Counted from the first letter of the stretch, positions 1-10,571 are shown. The stretch: DNA of 64,000 bases from Nautiliaceae bacterium (GCA_039831155.1 JBDONT010000008.1:29318-93317), one strand, 5' to 3'. Notes: generated by a model from the letters alone, not told the origin. Program-made: numbers and translations.

Positions 1-78
1 AACCCACCCAAACTTAATTGCATAATACATAAAAATATCATCGGCATCAGGCGAGTGGGCAACTGTGTAAGTTTTCAC
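1..78 (-). CDS. mqnD: MqnD/MqnA-family menaquinone (futalosine pathway) protein, 5' fragment running off the left edge
   Basis: Manual translation from GTG at 78: MKTYTVAHSPDADDIFMYYAIKFGWV (HSPDxDD N-terminal motif); start overlaps the Uma2 stop codon. Confidence 0.8.
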   Translation of the reverse strand, partial: MKTYTVAHSPDADDIFMYYAIKFGWV

Positions 79-590
79 ATTATCTCCTCTAAAATCTCTT
101 CTTTTGTAATTTCTATATCTCCACAAGGAGTATTTAGAGTTACTTCATTTAATTCTTTTTCTTTTTTTAAATCAAGAATTACCACTTTTTCATCTGGATA
201 TACCAAAACATAAAAAGGGACTTTGTTTATTTTATAAATCTTTTTTTTTGTAATTTCATCTCTAAGACGAGTAGATGGAAAAATTATTTCAAAAATAATT
301 AAAGGGGCCTTTGTTATATACTTTTCAAGTTTTCCACAAATTACGCTTACATCAGGACGTAAAATAGTATCTTCGCTTATTCTGTATTCTGCTTCTACTA
401 ATACAAAACATTTATTACATTTTCTAAATTTTAAGTTTAATAAGAATGCCAATTTTCCAGCAATCCATTGATGTTTGTTAAAAGGAGCAGGTGCTATAGC
501 ATATGGGCGACCTTTTATTAATTCCCAGTCTCCTTCCCAATGTTCGTAATCTTTAACTGTGTAGTATTCTTCTACAATTGCAAGTGCCAT
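75..590 (-). CDS. Uma2-family (DUF820) putative endonuclease
   Basis: YT..DY..W.G.WELI.G, H..IA..L, RPDVSV, EI.xPST motifs; probable start MALAIVEE at 590. Confidence 0.85.
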   Translation of the reverse strand: MALAIVEEYYTVKDYEHWEGDWELIKGRPYAIAPAPFNKHQWIAGKLAFLLNLKFRKCNKCFVLVEAEYRISEDTILRPDVSVICGKLEKYITKAPLIIFEIIFPSTRLRDEITKKKIYKINKVPFYVLVYPDEKVVILDLKKEKELNEVTLNTPCGDIEITKEEILEEIM

Positions 591-659
591 TTTGTAGCCT
601 TTTTTACAAATTATAGCAAAAATGATATAATTGCGTATACTACCTATTAAAGGATTTAA

Positions 660-1700
660 ATGGACGCAAATAAGCAAAAAGCACTTGAACTTGCCCTAAA
701 GCAGATTGATAAACAGTTTGGAAAAGGTTCTTTGGTAAAACTTAGCGAAAAAGAGATTGAACCTATTGAAGCGATTCCGACAGGGTCTTTCGGGCTTGAT
801 TTGGCCTTAGGAATTGGTGGAATTCCAAAAGGAAGAATTACCGAAATTTACGGGCCGGAGTCTTCCGGTAAGACTACTTTGGCTTTGTCTATTATAGCTC
901 AAGCCCAAAAACAGGGTGGAATTGCCGCTTTTATAGATGCAGAACACGCTTTTGACCCGATTTATGCAAAAAATATTGGGGTTGATATTGACAATTTGCT
1001 TGTTTCTCAACCGGATTACGGAGAACAGGCACTTGAAATTGTAGAGACTCTTGCTAGAAGTGGTGCTGTGGATGTTATTGTTATAGATTCGGTAGCGGCT
1101 CTTACTCCAAAAGCAGAAATTGAAGGAAATATGGGAGACGCTCAAGTAGGTGTTCAAGCTAGACTTATGAGCCAGGCTTTAAGAAAATTAACGGCTGCAA
1201 TTCATAAAATGAATACGACCGTTGTGTTTATTAACCAAATAAGAATGAAAATCGGAATGATGGGATACGGAAGCCCGGAAACCACAACAGGTGGTAACGC
1301 TCTTAAATTTTACAGTTCTGTTAGACTTGATGTTAGAAGAATTGCAACTTTAAAACAATCGGATAAGGAAGTAGGTAACAGAGTAAAAGTAAAAGTGGTA
1401 AAAAATAAGGTGGCTCCTCCTTTTAGAATAGCTGAATTTGATATAATGTTCGGGAAAGGAATTTCTCGTGAAGGAGAAATCCTTGATTACGGGGTAAAGC
1501 TTGATATTATCGATAAGAGCGGGGCATGGTTTAGTTACGGTGCTACAAGACTAGGTCAAGGTAAAGAGAATGCAAAAGAGTATTTAAAAGAACATCCGGA
1601 GCTTGCAAAAGAGATAGAAGAGAAGATTAAAGAGGCTTTGGGTGTTGAGCTTTCTCATATGATTGATACGATTGAAAAAAAAGAAGACGAATCAAATTAA
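660..1700 (+). CDS. recA: Recombinase RecA
   Basis: GPESSGKTT Walker [21 protein letters not shown]. Confidence 0.99.
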   Translation: MDANKQKALELALKQIDKQFGKGSLVKLSEKEIEPIEAIPTGSFGLDLALGIGGIPKGRITEIYGPESSGKTTLALSIIAQAQKQGGIAAFIDAEHAFDPIYAKNIGVDIDNLLVSQPDYGEQALEIVETLARSGAVDVIVIDSVAALTPKAEIEGNMGDAQVGVQARLMSQALRKLTAAIHKMNTTVVFINQIRMKIGMMGYGSPETTTGGNALKFYSSVRLDVRRIATLKQSDKEVGNRVKVKVVKNKVAPPFRIAEFDIMFGKGISREGEILDYGVKLDIIDKSGAWFSYGATRLGQGKENAKEYLKEHPELAKEIEEKIKEALGVELSHMIDTIEKKEDESN

Positions 1701-1711
1701 AAGGAGAAAAA

Positions 1712-2983
1712 ATGGTATTTATCGAAGATGTGTTTGCGGATGAAGTGTTAGATTCTAGGGGGAATCCGACGGTTAGAGCGACAGTTGTTTTGAGTGATGG
1801 GACAAAAGAGAGTGCGATAGTACCTAGTGGAGCAAGTACGGGGGTTAATGAAGCACTTGAGCTTAGAGACGGAGGAGATAGATTTTTAGGAAAAGGTGTA
1901 TTAAAAGCTTGTGAAAATGTAAATAGTGTTATTGCAAACGAGCTTATTGGTCTTTCTCCTTACGACCAGGCTGAAATTGATAATATTATGCTTGAACTTG
2001 ACGGGACTAAAAATAAATCTAAACTTGGGGCAAACGCTATTCTTGGTGTAAGTATGGCGGTTGCCAGAGCTGCTGCTAGAAGTCTTGATTTACCGCTTTA
2101 TAGATATTTAGGTGGAGCGAATGCACTTGTATTGCCGACTCCTATGCTAAATATAATAAACGGTGGGGCACACGCTGATAACGATGTGGATTTACAAGAG
2201 TATATGATTATGCCAACAGGCTTTGATGACTTTGCAGAAGCTCTAAGGGCTAGTAGTGAGATTTATCATACGTTAAAAAAACTTCTTGCAGCTGACGGGC
2301 ATAATACCGCACTTGGAGATGAGGGTGGATTTGCACCGAACTTTAAAAATAATGAAGAACCGATTGAATATATTATAAAAGCTATCGAAAAATCAGGATA
2401 TAAACCGGGAGATGAAATTACAATAGCACTTGATGCAGCGAGTAGTGAGTTTTATAAAGACGGAAAATACGTACTTGCCGGAGAAAATAAAACATTAAGT
2501 GCGGCTGAACTTGTGGATTATTATGCTTATCTTTGCGATAAATATCCGATTGTTTCAATTGAAGACGGTGTTGCTGAAGAAGATTGGGAAGGTTGGAAAA
2601 TATTAACTGAAAAACTTGGAAATAAAATTCAGCTTGTCGGGGATGATTTGTTTGTAACAAACAAAGAAATCTTACAAAAGGGAATCGAACTTGGTGTTGC
2701 TAATGCGATTTTAATTAAACCGAATCAAATCGGAACCGTGACTGAAACTATGCAAACGGTTAGACTTGCTCAAAGAAATAATTATAAAACTATTATGAGT
2801 CATAGAAGTGGTGAGAGTGAAGATGCTTTTATTGCCGATTTTGCAGTGGCTTTAAATTGTGGTGAAATTAAAACGGGAGCACCGGCTAGAGGAGAGAGAA
2901 CGGCTAAATATAACAGACTTCTTGAAATTGCAAGAAGCATAGCAGGTGCCGAATACACAGGAAAAACACTGTTTAATAGATGA
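1712..2983 (+). CDS. eno: Enolase
   Basis: [25 protein letters not shown]. Confidence 0.99.
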   Translation: MVFIEDVFADEVLDSRGNPTVRATVVLSDGTKESAIVPSGASTGVNEALELRDGGDRFLGKGVLKACENVNSVIANELIGLSPYDQAEIDNIMLELDGTKNKSKLGANAILGVSMAVARAAARSLDLPLYRYLGGANALVLPTPMLNIINGGAHADNDVDLQEYMIMPTGFDDFAEALRASSEIYHTLKKLLAADGHNTALGDEGGFAPNFKNNEEPIEYIIKAIEKSGYKPGDEITIALDAASSEFYKDGKYVLAGENKTLSAAELVDYYAYLCDKYPIVSIEDGVAEEDWEGWKILTEKLGNKIQLVGDDLFVTNKEILQKGIELGVANAILIKPNQIGTVTETMQTVRLAQRNNYKTIMSHRSGESEDAFIADFAVALNCGEIKTGAPARGERTAKYNRLLEIARSIAGAEYTGKTLFNR

Positions 2984-3222
2984 TTGATTTTGATGATTTA
3001 ATAAAAAAAGATTCGAAAAGAGTGATTATTATCGTTATTCTCTCTTTTTTCTTTCTTTTTTATATCTATGTGCTGATGTTTGGTGAGAGGTCTTATATTA
3101 GGCTTTTGGATTTAAACGGAGAGTATGAAAAACTTAAACATCATGTTGATAAACTGAAAAAAGAGAATGAAAAACTTCAAAAAGAGTATTTTGAATTAAA
3201 ACAACTTCAAGGTGGAGAGTGA
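2980..3222 (+). CDS. ftsB: Septum formation initiator (FtsB/DivIC-like)
   Basis: One TM helix plus coiled coil ([15 protein letters not shown]), directly after eno. Confidence 0.7.
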   Translation: MIDFDDLIKKDSKRVIIIVILSFFFLFYIYVLMFGERSYIRLLDLNGEYEKLKHHVDKLKKENEKLQKEYFELKQLQGGE

Positions 3223-3791
3223 GATACTTTATACTGTTGGTAGGAGTTATACTGCTTGCTAGACTTAACCCTTTCGAACCGGTGGTAAAACCGGAAAATA
3301 CTATGATAATAAAACCTTTTTATTTTAAAAAAGCAGTTATTAATCTTCCAAAAGACGCAAGGGTTTTAAAAGAGATTGTATTGGTTTATCAAAGTGTAAA
3401 CGGAGATATTAAACAAAAATTTGTAAATATCAATAAACAGATAGACTTTCATAAGCCGATAATAGTCTCTCATAGCATTTCTAAGTTTCCGATTAAAGAA
3501 TACGGGTTTTTAAATCTTTTTAAGCTTTATATAAAAGGTAAAAAAATTTTTCTAAAAACAAAAGACAAACTAATAAGAAGTTTTTTTCTTGTTGAGCCTT
3601 TTAGGATTGTATTGGATTTTAAAAGGGATGCCGACTTTTTAACTCTTACAAAAACAATATCCGATTCGGTGGTTAAAAAAGTGGTTGTGGGGAATCATAA
3701 CGGATATTATAGGGTTGTTTTGTATTTTGATGCTAAGTATGCTTATAGGATTAAAGTGATTGAGGGAGGAGTTAAAATTGAGTTGCAGTAA
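3219..3791 (+). CDS. AMIN-domain periplasmic protein
   Basis: Signal peptide, NPF motif, C-terminal PFRIVLDF...GNHNGYYRVVLYFD AMIN pattern. Confidence 0.8.
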   Translation: MRYFILLVGVILLARLNPFEPVVKPENTMIIKPFYFKKAVINLPKDARVLKEIVLVYQSVNGDIKQKFVNINKQIDFHKPIIVSHSISKFPIKEYGFLNLFKLYIKGKKIFLKTKDKLIRSFFLVEPFRIVLDFKRDADFLTLTKTISDSVVKKVVVGNHNGYYRVVLYFDAKYAYRIKVIEGGVKIELQ

Positions 3792-4278
3792 TATTATATT
3801 AACCGGCTTTATGGGAAGTGGTAAAAGTACAATCGGAAGAGTTTTGGCAAAAGAGTTGGATACTTATTTTATAGATACGGATAGTTTGATAGAGAGTTTT
3901 GAAAATAGAAATATTAAGGAGATTTTTGAAAAAGACGGAGAAGATGCTTTTAGAGAGATGGAAAAAAGATGTTTTAGGTGGATTAAAAATCACGTTTCTT
4001 TTACCGTAATTTCGGTAGGTGGTGGGTTTCCGGTTTTTGTACCGGAAATTAAAGAAGCCGGAGTTGTAATATATTTAAAGGTTGATTTTGAAGATATTGT
4101 AAAAAGACTCTCAAAAGAAGAGATAGATAAAAGACCTCTTTTTAAAGATTTAAAAAAAGCAAAAGAGCTTTTTTTAAAAAGAGATGAAATATATTCAAAA
4201 CTTGCCGATATAGTTATAGAAAACAGAGATTTAAAAACAACTATAAAAAAAATAAAGGAGTATTATGCAAGTAAGTAG
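3778..4278 (+). CDS. aroK: Shikimate kinase
   Basis: GFMGSGKST, GEDAFREME, GGG, RPL; probable TTG start at 3778. Confidence 0.95.
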   Translation: MSCSNIILTGFMGSGKSTIGRVLAKELDTYFIDTDSLIESFENRNIKEIFEKDGEDAFREMEKRCFRWIKNHVSFTVISVGGGFPVFVPEIKEAGVVIYLKVDFEDIVKRLSKEEIDKRPLFKDLKKAKELFLKRDEIYSKLADIVIENRDLKTTIKKIKEYYASK

Positions 4279-4447
4279 TACTTCAATGCATACCACTATT
4301 CAAGTGGAAGCTCAAAAAAAAGCTCAAGATACTGTTAAAAATTTAATGGAAAAAATGATAAACGACGCTTTTAAAAATTCTGCAGAACTTGAAGCTATGA
4401 CGGCTCAAGCTACTGGAAAAGGGCAAAACATTAATGTCAAAGCATAA
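4265..4447 (+). CDS. YjfB-like putative motility protein
   Basis: 60 aa, KKAQD and C-terminal GKGQNINVKA pattern; AAGGAG RBS. Confidence 0.6.
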   Translation: MQVSSTSMHTTIQVEAQKKAQDTVKNLMEKMINDAFKNSAELEAMTAQATGKGQNINVKA

Positions 4448-5024
4448 AGAGCTTTTAGATTTTTATTTAAAAAGAAAAGATTTTATAAAAAAAGAGTTTA
4501 GTGAGAATATAGATTTTACGGATGTTTTTGACCCTTATTTAGATTTGAAAACAGACAAGCCTATTATGATAATAGGAGAAGCACCAGGAGCTAATGAAGT
4601 TAGGTTAAAAGAGCCTTTTGTCGGGAAAGCCGGAGAAAATCTTAACTATTTAATAAGTTTAAGTGGACTTGATAGAAAAAGAGATTTTTTAATTACAAAC
4701 GCTTTTCCCTTTCGTACATTTAAAGGTAATGCAAACAGAACTCCATCTGCAAAAGAGTTAAAGCTTGGAGCAAAACTTTTAGAAAAAGAGATAGAAATTG
4801 TAAAACCAAAACTTATTTTACTTCTTGGAAACTCTGCTATAAAAGCTTTTTCTTATATTCCTTGGGCAAAGGAAGTAAAAAATCTTAAAAAGTGTGGTAT
4901 TTATGAAATAAATGGTAAAAAAGTAGGAGTATGTTTTCATCCGTCTCCTCTTGCTTTTAATAGAAAAGATATAAGAGATAGTTTGGAGAAATTTTTTAAA
5001 AATCTAAAATTTGAGTATAATTAA
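4434..5024 (+). CDS. Uracil-DNA glycosylase, family-4-like
   Basis: IGEAPGANE...PFVGKAG, NRTP, HPS motifs. Confidence 0.9.
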   Translation: MSKHKELLDFYLKRKDFIKKEFSENIDFTDVFDPYLDLKTDKPIMIIGEAPGANEVRLKEPFVGKAGENLNYLISLSGLDRKRDFLITNAFPFRTFKGNANRTPSAKELKLGAKLLEKEIEIVKPKLILLLGNSAIKAFSYIPWAKEVKNLKKCGIYEINGKKVGVCFHPSPLAFNRKDIRDSLEKFFKNLKFEYN

Positions 5025-5040
5025 ATAAAAAGGAGAAAAA

Positions 5041-5328
5041 ATGACAAATATTGAAGATATGATTTTAAGTTTCGGAGAAGTGCCGGAAGCTCACGAGAGT
5101 TTTACTATTGCTTATGGAAGTTTAAGGGTTGAGCAGAGTAGATTATATAAAGACGTACTTCCTACAGATGCAGTAAAACAAGTAATTATTATGCTTCAAG
5201 AGCAAGCTTTGGAAATGGGAGCTAACGGAGTTAAAAATATCGAAATAAAAATAACTCCTCTAAAAGATGAAAAAGGAGTTGACGTAGTTGATTATTATGC
5301 TATGGGGACTTTAATTAAGTTAAAATAA
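5041..5328 (+). CDS. YbjQ/UPF0145-like heavy-metal-binding-fold protein
   Basis: LQEQALEMGANGVKNI...YYAMGTLIKL pattern; AAGGAG RBS. Confidence 0.6.
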   Translation: MTNIEDMILSFGEVPEAHESFTIAYGSLRVEQSRLYKDVLPTDAVKQVIIMLQEQALEMGANGVKNIEIKITPLKDEKGVDVVDYYAMGTLIKLK

Positions 5329-5330
5329 TA

Positions 5331-5361
5331 AAAATGGGAAAGAGCTTTACTTTCCCGTTTT
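5331..5361. terminator. Bidirectional intrinsic terminator between the YbjQ-like gene and tRNA-Phe
   Basis: AAAATGGGAAAG / CTTTCCCGTTTT inverted repeat with A and T tails between convergent genes. Confidence 0.7.
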
Positions 5362-5446
5362 TAAAATAAAAAGGGGGTTTTTTTAAGGATTGGTTTTTTT
5401 CGATATATTAATTGAAAAATAATTTGAGGGAACAAGGAATTTTAAA

Positions 5447-5522
5447 TGGTGCCCAGGGACGGAATCGAACCGCCGACACAGGGATTTTCAGTCCCTTGCT
5501 CTACCGACTGAGCTACCTGGGC
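5447..5522 (-). tRNA. tRNA-Phe (GAA)
   Basis: Reverse complement GCCCAGGTAGCTCAGTCGGTAGAGCAAGGGACTGAAAATCCCTGTGTCGGCGGTTCGATTCCGTCCCTGGGCACCA: 76-nt cloverleaf, GAA anticodon, encoded CCA. Confidence 0.99.
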
Positions 5523-5572
5523 TTGGAATGAAATTATATCAGTATAACTTTAAAGTTAGCTTAAAGAGAAGA

Positions 5573-6490
5573 TTAGTTTTTAAAAATCTTCTCTAATTTT
5601 TCTTTTAGTTTATTTTGACAGTTTTGAAGGGCAAAATCCATTGCGTTTGAGAAGTTGCTAGATGATTTTCCTCCACATTTGATTGAGAAGTTAATAGCAC
5701 TTTTGTCTTTTAGTGTTACATTTAGAGTAAGTGTTGAGATATAGTTTGATAATATCTGTTTATTTTCAATGGATGAAGTTGCATATACTTTAATTCCGTT
5801 TGAGTAAGTGGGGATATTAAGTTGACTAAAGGTGTCTTGTAAAAGAGTTTTTATTTTGTAATTGGAAACTTTAACGTTTACTCCTATTTGTGAGAGTTTT
5901 GTTTGCAGTTTTGTTTTTAGGGATATTGCTTGTTGTATCTCTTTTGAGATATTTTTGTTTGTTAAGGTTTGGACTATGTAAAGATTTTTTATGGCTTTGT
6001 TTAGTTCTTTTATCAGTTTAGGATAGGTTTTTAGAATTTTTATTTTATCTTTGATATTTAGATAAGCTTTTGCCTGGTTAATGGTATTTATAGCTTTTTG
6101 GTAGGCTACGTTTGCACTTTTTTCTTTATTTATTTTTATAAGTACATAGTATTTGTTTTCTTTTGCAGCTTCTTTTACGATTTGATAATCGGAAAATTCT
6201 ACATTGGCATAGCTTTTGGTATCTTTTCTTATTTCTTTAAATATTTGGGAATTGTCGTTATTTTGCATATAACTTTTTGATGATTCGAATGATGAATTTA
6301 TAGTTACGTTTACTTGGGACGCTGCAAAAGATAAAGCGTTGTTTATAGCGTCTTTTTTTGAATATCCCATTCCCGTTGCGTAAATATAAAGTTGGTTGCT
6401 TTTGGGTGTTTCGTTAAACCATTTAGGTGGTTGGGCGTTTTGGCATCCTATTAAAAAGATGATAATTACTGCTAAGATAAATTTTTTCAT
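5573..6490 (-). CDS. LPP20-family lipoprotein
   Basis: Lipobox LIGC, PKWF, YATGMG..K.DA..NAL...ASQVNV.I.S. Confidence 0.8.
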   Translation of the reverse strand: MKKFILAVIIIFLIGCQNAQPPKWFNETPKSNQLYIYATGMGYSKKDAINNALSFAASQVNVTINSSFESSKSYMQNNDNSQIFKEIRKDTKSYANVEFSDYQIVKEAAKENKYYVLIKINKEKSANVAYQKAINTINQAKAYLNIKDKIKILKTYPKLIKELNKAIKNLYIVQTLTNKNISKEIQQAISLKTKLQTKLSQIGVNVKVSNYKIKTLLQDTFSQLNIPTYSNGIKVYATSSIENKQILSNYISTLTLNVTLKDKSAINFSIKCGGKSSSNFSNAMDFALQNCQNKLKEKLEKIFKN

Positions 6491-6499
6491 TTAATGCCT

Positions 6500-7450
6500 T
6501 TATTTAAACATACTTTTTAGTTTTTCTAGAAAAGATGAGTTTTGATGAATTTTTACGTAATCTCCTATTTTTACCGGTTGTTGTACTTTATCTACAATAA
6601 TCCACGAATCGTTAGGGTGTAATACGTTGCTTATTTCGCCTTCTCCTATTTTTATCTCTTCTCTTTTTATTTCGTTTGAGAAAGGAACTTTTGTCTCTTT
6701 TATTGTAAATATTTCAACGTCAACTCCTTCTCTTGCTCCGAAATTTGAACCTAAAGTGGTGTGAAGGATTGTTTTGTTGTCTTTTTTTCTTACTTCATAC
6801 ACATAGCCTTTTTTAGCAAAAAAGTTATAAAGAAAATCTTTTTTATCTTCTATTGCGTTTGAAGTTGCTTTTGATAAAAGATATGAGAAATTATAAAGTC
6901 TTGATTTACTTGTAGAATGTTCACAGTCGCTTAAATTTAGCGTTTTTGCAATGTAGTTTTGAGGAATTTTAATAATAGTCAAACTCCCGAATACACACGC
7001 TTTGTTTGAGTAGTAAGCAGGAGTATAGTGAATTTTTCCTTTTTTATCTTTCCAACTGCTAGGAGGTATGTATTCGCTTGAAGTTTGGGTAGATAAAATT
7101 TTTCCTTTTATGATGTAATCTGCCTGGTTTAGGTTTGTTTGGGCTTTTTTTGCTTCCTCTGCTAATTGTATCTCTTTTTTTAGTGATGAATAGTTTCTAT
7201 TTAGTACCACTACGGCTTTGTAGTTTGATAAAAGGGTTTTTAGTCTGTTTGTAGCTATTTGGTCTAGGGTGTTGTATCTGTTACCGTTAAAAGGAACCAC
7301 CAATACCTGGGTTTTGGAGTATAGTTCTTGTTTTGATGGTTTGTATGATGATTGTTGGGCGTTTATTTTTGTGAATTCATTAGGGTTTATTTTTGTAGAA
7401 CATCCTAAAAAGATAAGGCCACTTATTGTTAAATAAACTGCTTTTTTCAT
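6500..7450 (-). CDS. Lipoprotein with CsgG-like N-domain and FlgT_C-like C-domain (putative)
   Basis: Lipobox FLGC; VLNR...LKKEIQLAE...ADYIIKGKI; C-terminal LG..FGA..G..VEIF beta-barrel pattern. Confidence 0.55.
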   Translation of the reverse strand: MKKAVYLTISGLIFLGCSTKINPNEFTKINAQQSSYKPSKQELYSKTQVLVVPFNGNRYNTLDQIATNRLKTLLSNYKAVVVLNRNYSSLKKEIQLAEEAKKAQTNLNQADYIIKGKILSTQTSSEYIPPSSWKDKKGKIHYTPAYYSNKACVFGSLTIIKIPQNYIAKTLNLSDCEHSTSKSRLYNFSYLLSKATSNAIEDKKDFLYNFFAKKGYVYEVRKKDNKTILHTTLGSNFGAREGVDVEIFTIKETKVPFSNEIKREEIKIGEGEISNVLHPNDSWIIVDKVQQPVKIGDYVKIHQNSSFLEKLKSMFK

Positions 7451-8625
7451 TTTTTCTCCTTTATTAATGTTTGAAACTTTTCTCCTCTTTCTTTGTAATT
7501 TTTAAACTGGTCAAAACTTGCACACGCAGGGCTTAAAATAGCTACGGAATCTTTTGAGTGAAGTTTTGATATTTCGTTTACTGCGTTTTTAAGCTCTTTT
7601 GAAAGATGGTATTTTATCTTAAATTTTTGGGAAAGTTGTTTAAAAATTGAGAGATTTTCACCTATTAAAAACAGTTCTACATTTAAATTTTGCATATATT
7701 CAAATAACGGGGTAAAATCCTGGTTTTTATCAACTCCTCCTAAAATTAAAAATATCTTTTTGTCTTTATATCTTTTTAAAGCGTTTAGAGTGGCGTCTAT
7801 GTTTGTAGCTTTGCTGTCGTCAACCCAGGTTCTATTTAAAGAGTCTTTTATTTCTTCTAGTTTATGAGGGTCTATTTTAAATTCTTTTAAGGATTTTTCT
7901 TTAAAAAAGAGTATTTTATATACGGCTTTTGCCATTATTTCATCCAGTAAAAACGGGGTTTTAAAGTGTAAATCTTTAAAATCGAAATAGTTTATTAAGT
8001 CTTGTTCGTTTTTATAGAGAATTTTAAAGGCTTTTGTTTGAGTGTCAAACTCTTTTGGCATTATTACGATATCTCTTTCGGTCATTCTTTTAAGAGGGGA
8101 TAATTTGGCTTTGACGTACTCTTCAAAGCTTCCGTGCCAGGAGATGTGGTCTTCTTTTATAGGAAGGATTATTAAGATGTTCGGCTTTGCTTTTTTTGTA
8201 TAAAAAAGTTGAAAACTACTTGCTTCAATTACCCAAAATTTTGCCTTTTTATTCATATCGGCTAAAGGAATGCCTATATTTCCTCCTATATCGGAGTAGT
8301 GTTCTTTAAGCAGATAATGAGTCATTTGGGTTGTTGTGGTTTTGCCGTTTGTACCGGTAACCCATATTTGAAAAGGAGCGTTGTCGTAAAAGTAGTCAAA
8401 TTCACTGATTAAATTTTTTGCTTTTTTTATTAAGGGATGAGAAGGGGGAATTCCCGGGGATGTTATTTCGAGTTTGGATTTATTTGGGTCAAATTCGGTG
8501 GAAGGAAGAAGAATATTTTCGTATTTGTCATATGAAGGTTTTGTAAAATTGTCATCGAATATATAAAAACCACCTTTTTTAGCTATTGCTTTTGTTGTTA
8601 GTCCGTATCCGAAAAGTGAAATCAT
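7447..8625 (-). CDS. murD: UDP-N-acetylmuramoyl-L-alanine--D-glutamate ligase
   Basis: SPGIP, VTGTNGKTTT, GGNIG, EASSFQL, DDSKATN, SPACASFDQFKNYKERG. Confidence 0.97.
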   Translation of the reverse strand: MISLFGYGLTTKAIAKKGGFYIFDDNFTKPSYDKYENILLPSTEFDPNKSKLEITSPGIPPSHPLIKKAKNLISEFDYFYDNAPFQIWVTGTNGKTTTTQMTHYLLKEHYSDIGGNIGIPLADMNKKAKFWVIEASSFQLFYTKKAKPNILIILPIKEDHISWHGSFEEYVKAKLSPLKRMTERDIVIMPKEFDTQTKAFKILYKNEQDLINYFDFKDLHFKTPFLLDEIMAKAVYKILFFKEKSLKEFKIDPHKLEEIKDSLNRTWVDDSKATNIDATLNALKRYKDKKIFLILGGVDKNQDFTPLFEYMQNLNVELFLIGENLSIFKQLSQKFKIKYHLSKELKNAVNEISKLHSKDSVAILSPACASFDQFKNYKERGEKFQTLIKEKK

Positions 8626-9518
8626 CTATTTAAATACTCCTTTAAAAGCTCTCCTAAATCGGAATCCAGTTTGATATTAAAATAAGGGAATTTTTTATTT
8701 TCTAAAGAGATGTTTACAAATTCCACTTTGCCTAGGCGTTTTTTTATTTCTTCTTTAAACTGGGTAAGTGTTGAAATTTTGTCTACCAAAATTCCTTTTA
8801 CTTTTGTAGCTATGAATATTTTTCCGTCTGCGTATTTTTTAAGTTTATCCAAAGAGATGTTTCTATCTTCTGCAACGGTTTTTAAGAAATTCTCATAAGT
8901 TGGAAGCAATAAATTGTTTAGTAGGTACTCTTTTTCTTGAGAAGAAGCTTTTTTAAATAGAGAAATGGGTTTTTTATATTTTCCTACTGTTATATCGTCC
9001 TCTTCTATTCCTATTTTTTTTGCGAGTTTGCCTATAACAAAATGTGGCATAATAACCCCTATACTTCCTACAACGGCGTTTTTATTAGCTACTATAGGTT
9101 TTATGGCACTTATTATATAATATCCTCCACTTGCAGCCATACTCTCAACATATACGTTTACCCTTTTTGTTTTGTTTATAAATTTTAAATAAGCGTTAAA
9201 CTCATCACTTGCACTGGGACTGCCTCCCGGGGTATTGAAAACAAGCAAAAACTCTTTACAGTTTTTATCTTTTTTTAATCTGTCCATTTTATTAATAATA
9301 GTGTTTATATAATCCACCGTTATTGTTTTATTAATGTTTATTACGGCTACGTATGGTTTTGTAATAGGAGTTTGGGTTGAAAAACTTTTTTTAAAAAACA
9401 TCCCCACAACAACCAGCTCTGCTAAGATTAGTAAAACAACCCCAAAAAGGATGATTTTTTCTTTTAAAGCTTTTAATTTAAATATTTTTAATTCGGCTTT
9501 TAATTTTTCGTTTTCCAT
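8622..9518 (-). CDS. sppA: S49 signal peptide peptidase SppA
   Basis: NTPGGS, MAASGGYY, VGSIGV; N-terminal TM helix. Confidence 0.9.
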   Translation of the reverse strand: MENEKLKAELKIFKLKALKEKIILFGVVLLILAELVVVGMFFKKSFSTQTPITKPYVAVININKTITVDYINTIINKMDRLKKDKNCKEFLLVFNTPGGSPSASDEFNAYLKFINKTKRVNVYVESMAASGGYYIISAIKPIVANKNAVVGSIGVIMPHFVIGKLAKKIGIEEDDITVGKYKKPISLFKKASSQEKEYLLNNLLLPTYENFLKTVAEDRNISLDKLKKYADGKIFIATKVKGILVDKISTLTQFKEEIKKRLGKVEFVNISLENKKFPYFNIKLDSDLGELLKEYLNR

Positions 9519-9521
9519 TTT

Positions 9522-10571
9522 CTACCTTATTTTTATTGAAAGTATAGCAATTAAATTCATAATTAGTGCAATAATCCAAAATCTAATTGTAATTTTATTT
9601 TCTTTCCAGTTTAAAAGTTCGAAATGATGATGAATGGGTGCCATTTTAAATACTCTTTTTCCTCTTGTTTTGTAACTTCCCACTTGTAAAATTACGGATA
9701 CGGTTTCTGCTATAAATACAAAACCTATTAAAATCAGTAAAATTTCGCTTTTTGCAATAATTGCCAAATAGCCGATAATAGCACCTAAAGCCAAACTTCC
9801 ACTATCTCCCATAAAAACCTCTGCCGGATGGGCGTTATACCATAAAAATCCAAGGAGTGTCCCTATGAGTGCGAAAGCTACTATCGTAAGTTCTCCACTT
9901 CCTAGTTCAAAAGGAAAAAACAGATAATCGCTGAATTTGTAATTACCTATAATATATAAAAACACTGCTAAGGTAAAAAGAGAAAAAATAGAAGGTACCG
10001 TCGCAAGTCCGTCAAGGCCGTCTGTTAAATTTACGGAGTTACTCATCGAAACTATTATAAATGCCCAGAAAATAATCGCTAAAACTCCCATATCAAAAAC
10101 GGGGTGTTTGTAAAACGGAATATAAAGATGAGTATCAAACTTTAAAAGATAAAGTGAAATCGAAATTCCCAAAGCTCCTATCCATTGAAAAATAAATTTC
10201 TGTTTTGCAGATAGTCCTTTTTGGTTTGATTTGCCAAGTACTTTTCCCAAATCGTCCACTATTCCAAGACACATAAAGTATAAAAGTGTAATAATCGCAA
10301 GTACTACGTACTGATTGATAGCGGTAGTTAGTAAAATGGAAATAACGGCACTTAAGATAAAAACGACTCCCCCCATTGTAGGGGCGTCTTTTTTTTGATG
10401 TTCTTGAGGAGCCAGTTCAAATATCGGCTGTTTGAATTTTTTGGCTATTTTTATAAATTTGGGCATTAAGGTTAGGGTAATTAAAAAAGATAAAAAAAAT
10501 GCTACAATAGCACGGAAAGTCACGTAGTGAAAGATATTAATATGAAAGTGTTCATAAAAGTAGTATAACAT
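9522..10571 (-). CDS. mraY: Phospho-N-acetylmuramoyl-pentapeptide transferase
   Basis: PTMGG, NLTDGLDGL, FMGDSGSLALG, MAPIHHHFE. Confidence 0.98.
   Translation of the reverse strand: MLYYFYEHFHINIFHYVTFRAIVAFFLSFLITLTLMPKFIKIAKKFKQPIFELAPQEHQKKDAPTMGGVVFILSAVISILLTTAINQYVVLAIITLLYFMCLGIVDDLGKVLGKSNQKGLSAKQKFIFQWIGALGISISLYLLKFDTHLYIPFYKHPVFDMGVLAIIFWAFIIVSMSNSVNLTDGLDGLATVPSIFSLFTLAVFLYIIGNYKFSDYLFFPFELGSGELTIVAFALIGTLLGFLWYNAHPAEVFMGDSGSLALGAIIGYLAIIAKSEILLILIGFVFIAETVSVILQVGSYKTRGKRVFKMAPIHHHFELLNWKENKITIRFWIIALIMNLIAILSIKIR

Noticed and set aside
5329-7450. Integrative element at tRNA-Phe
   Set aside because: No integrase and no duplicated tRNA 3' end
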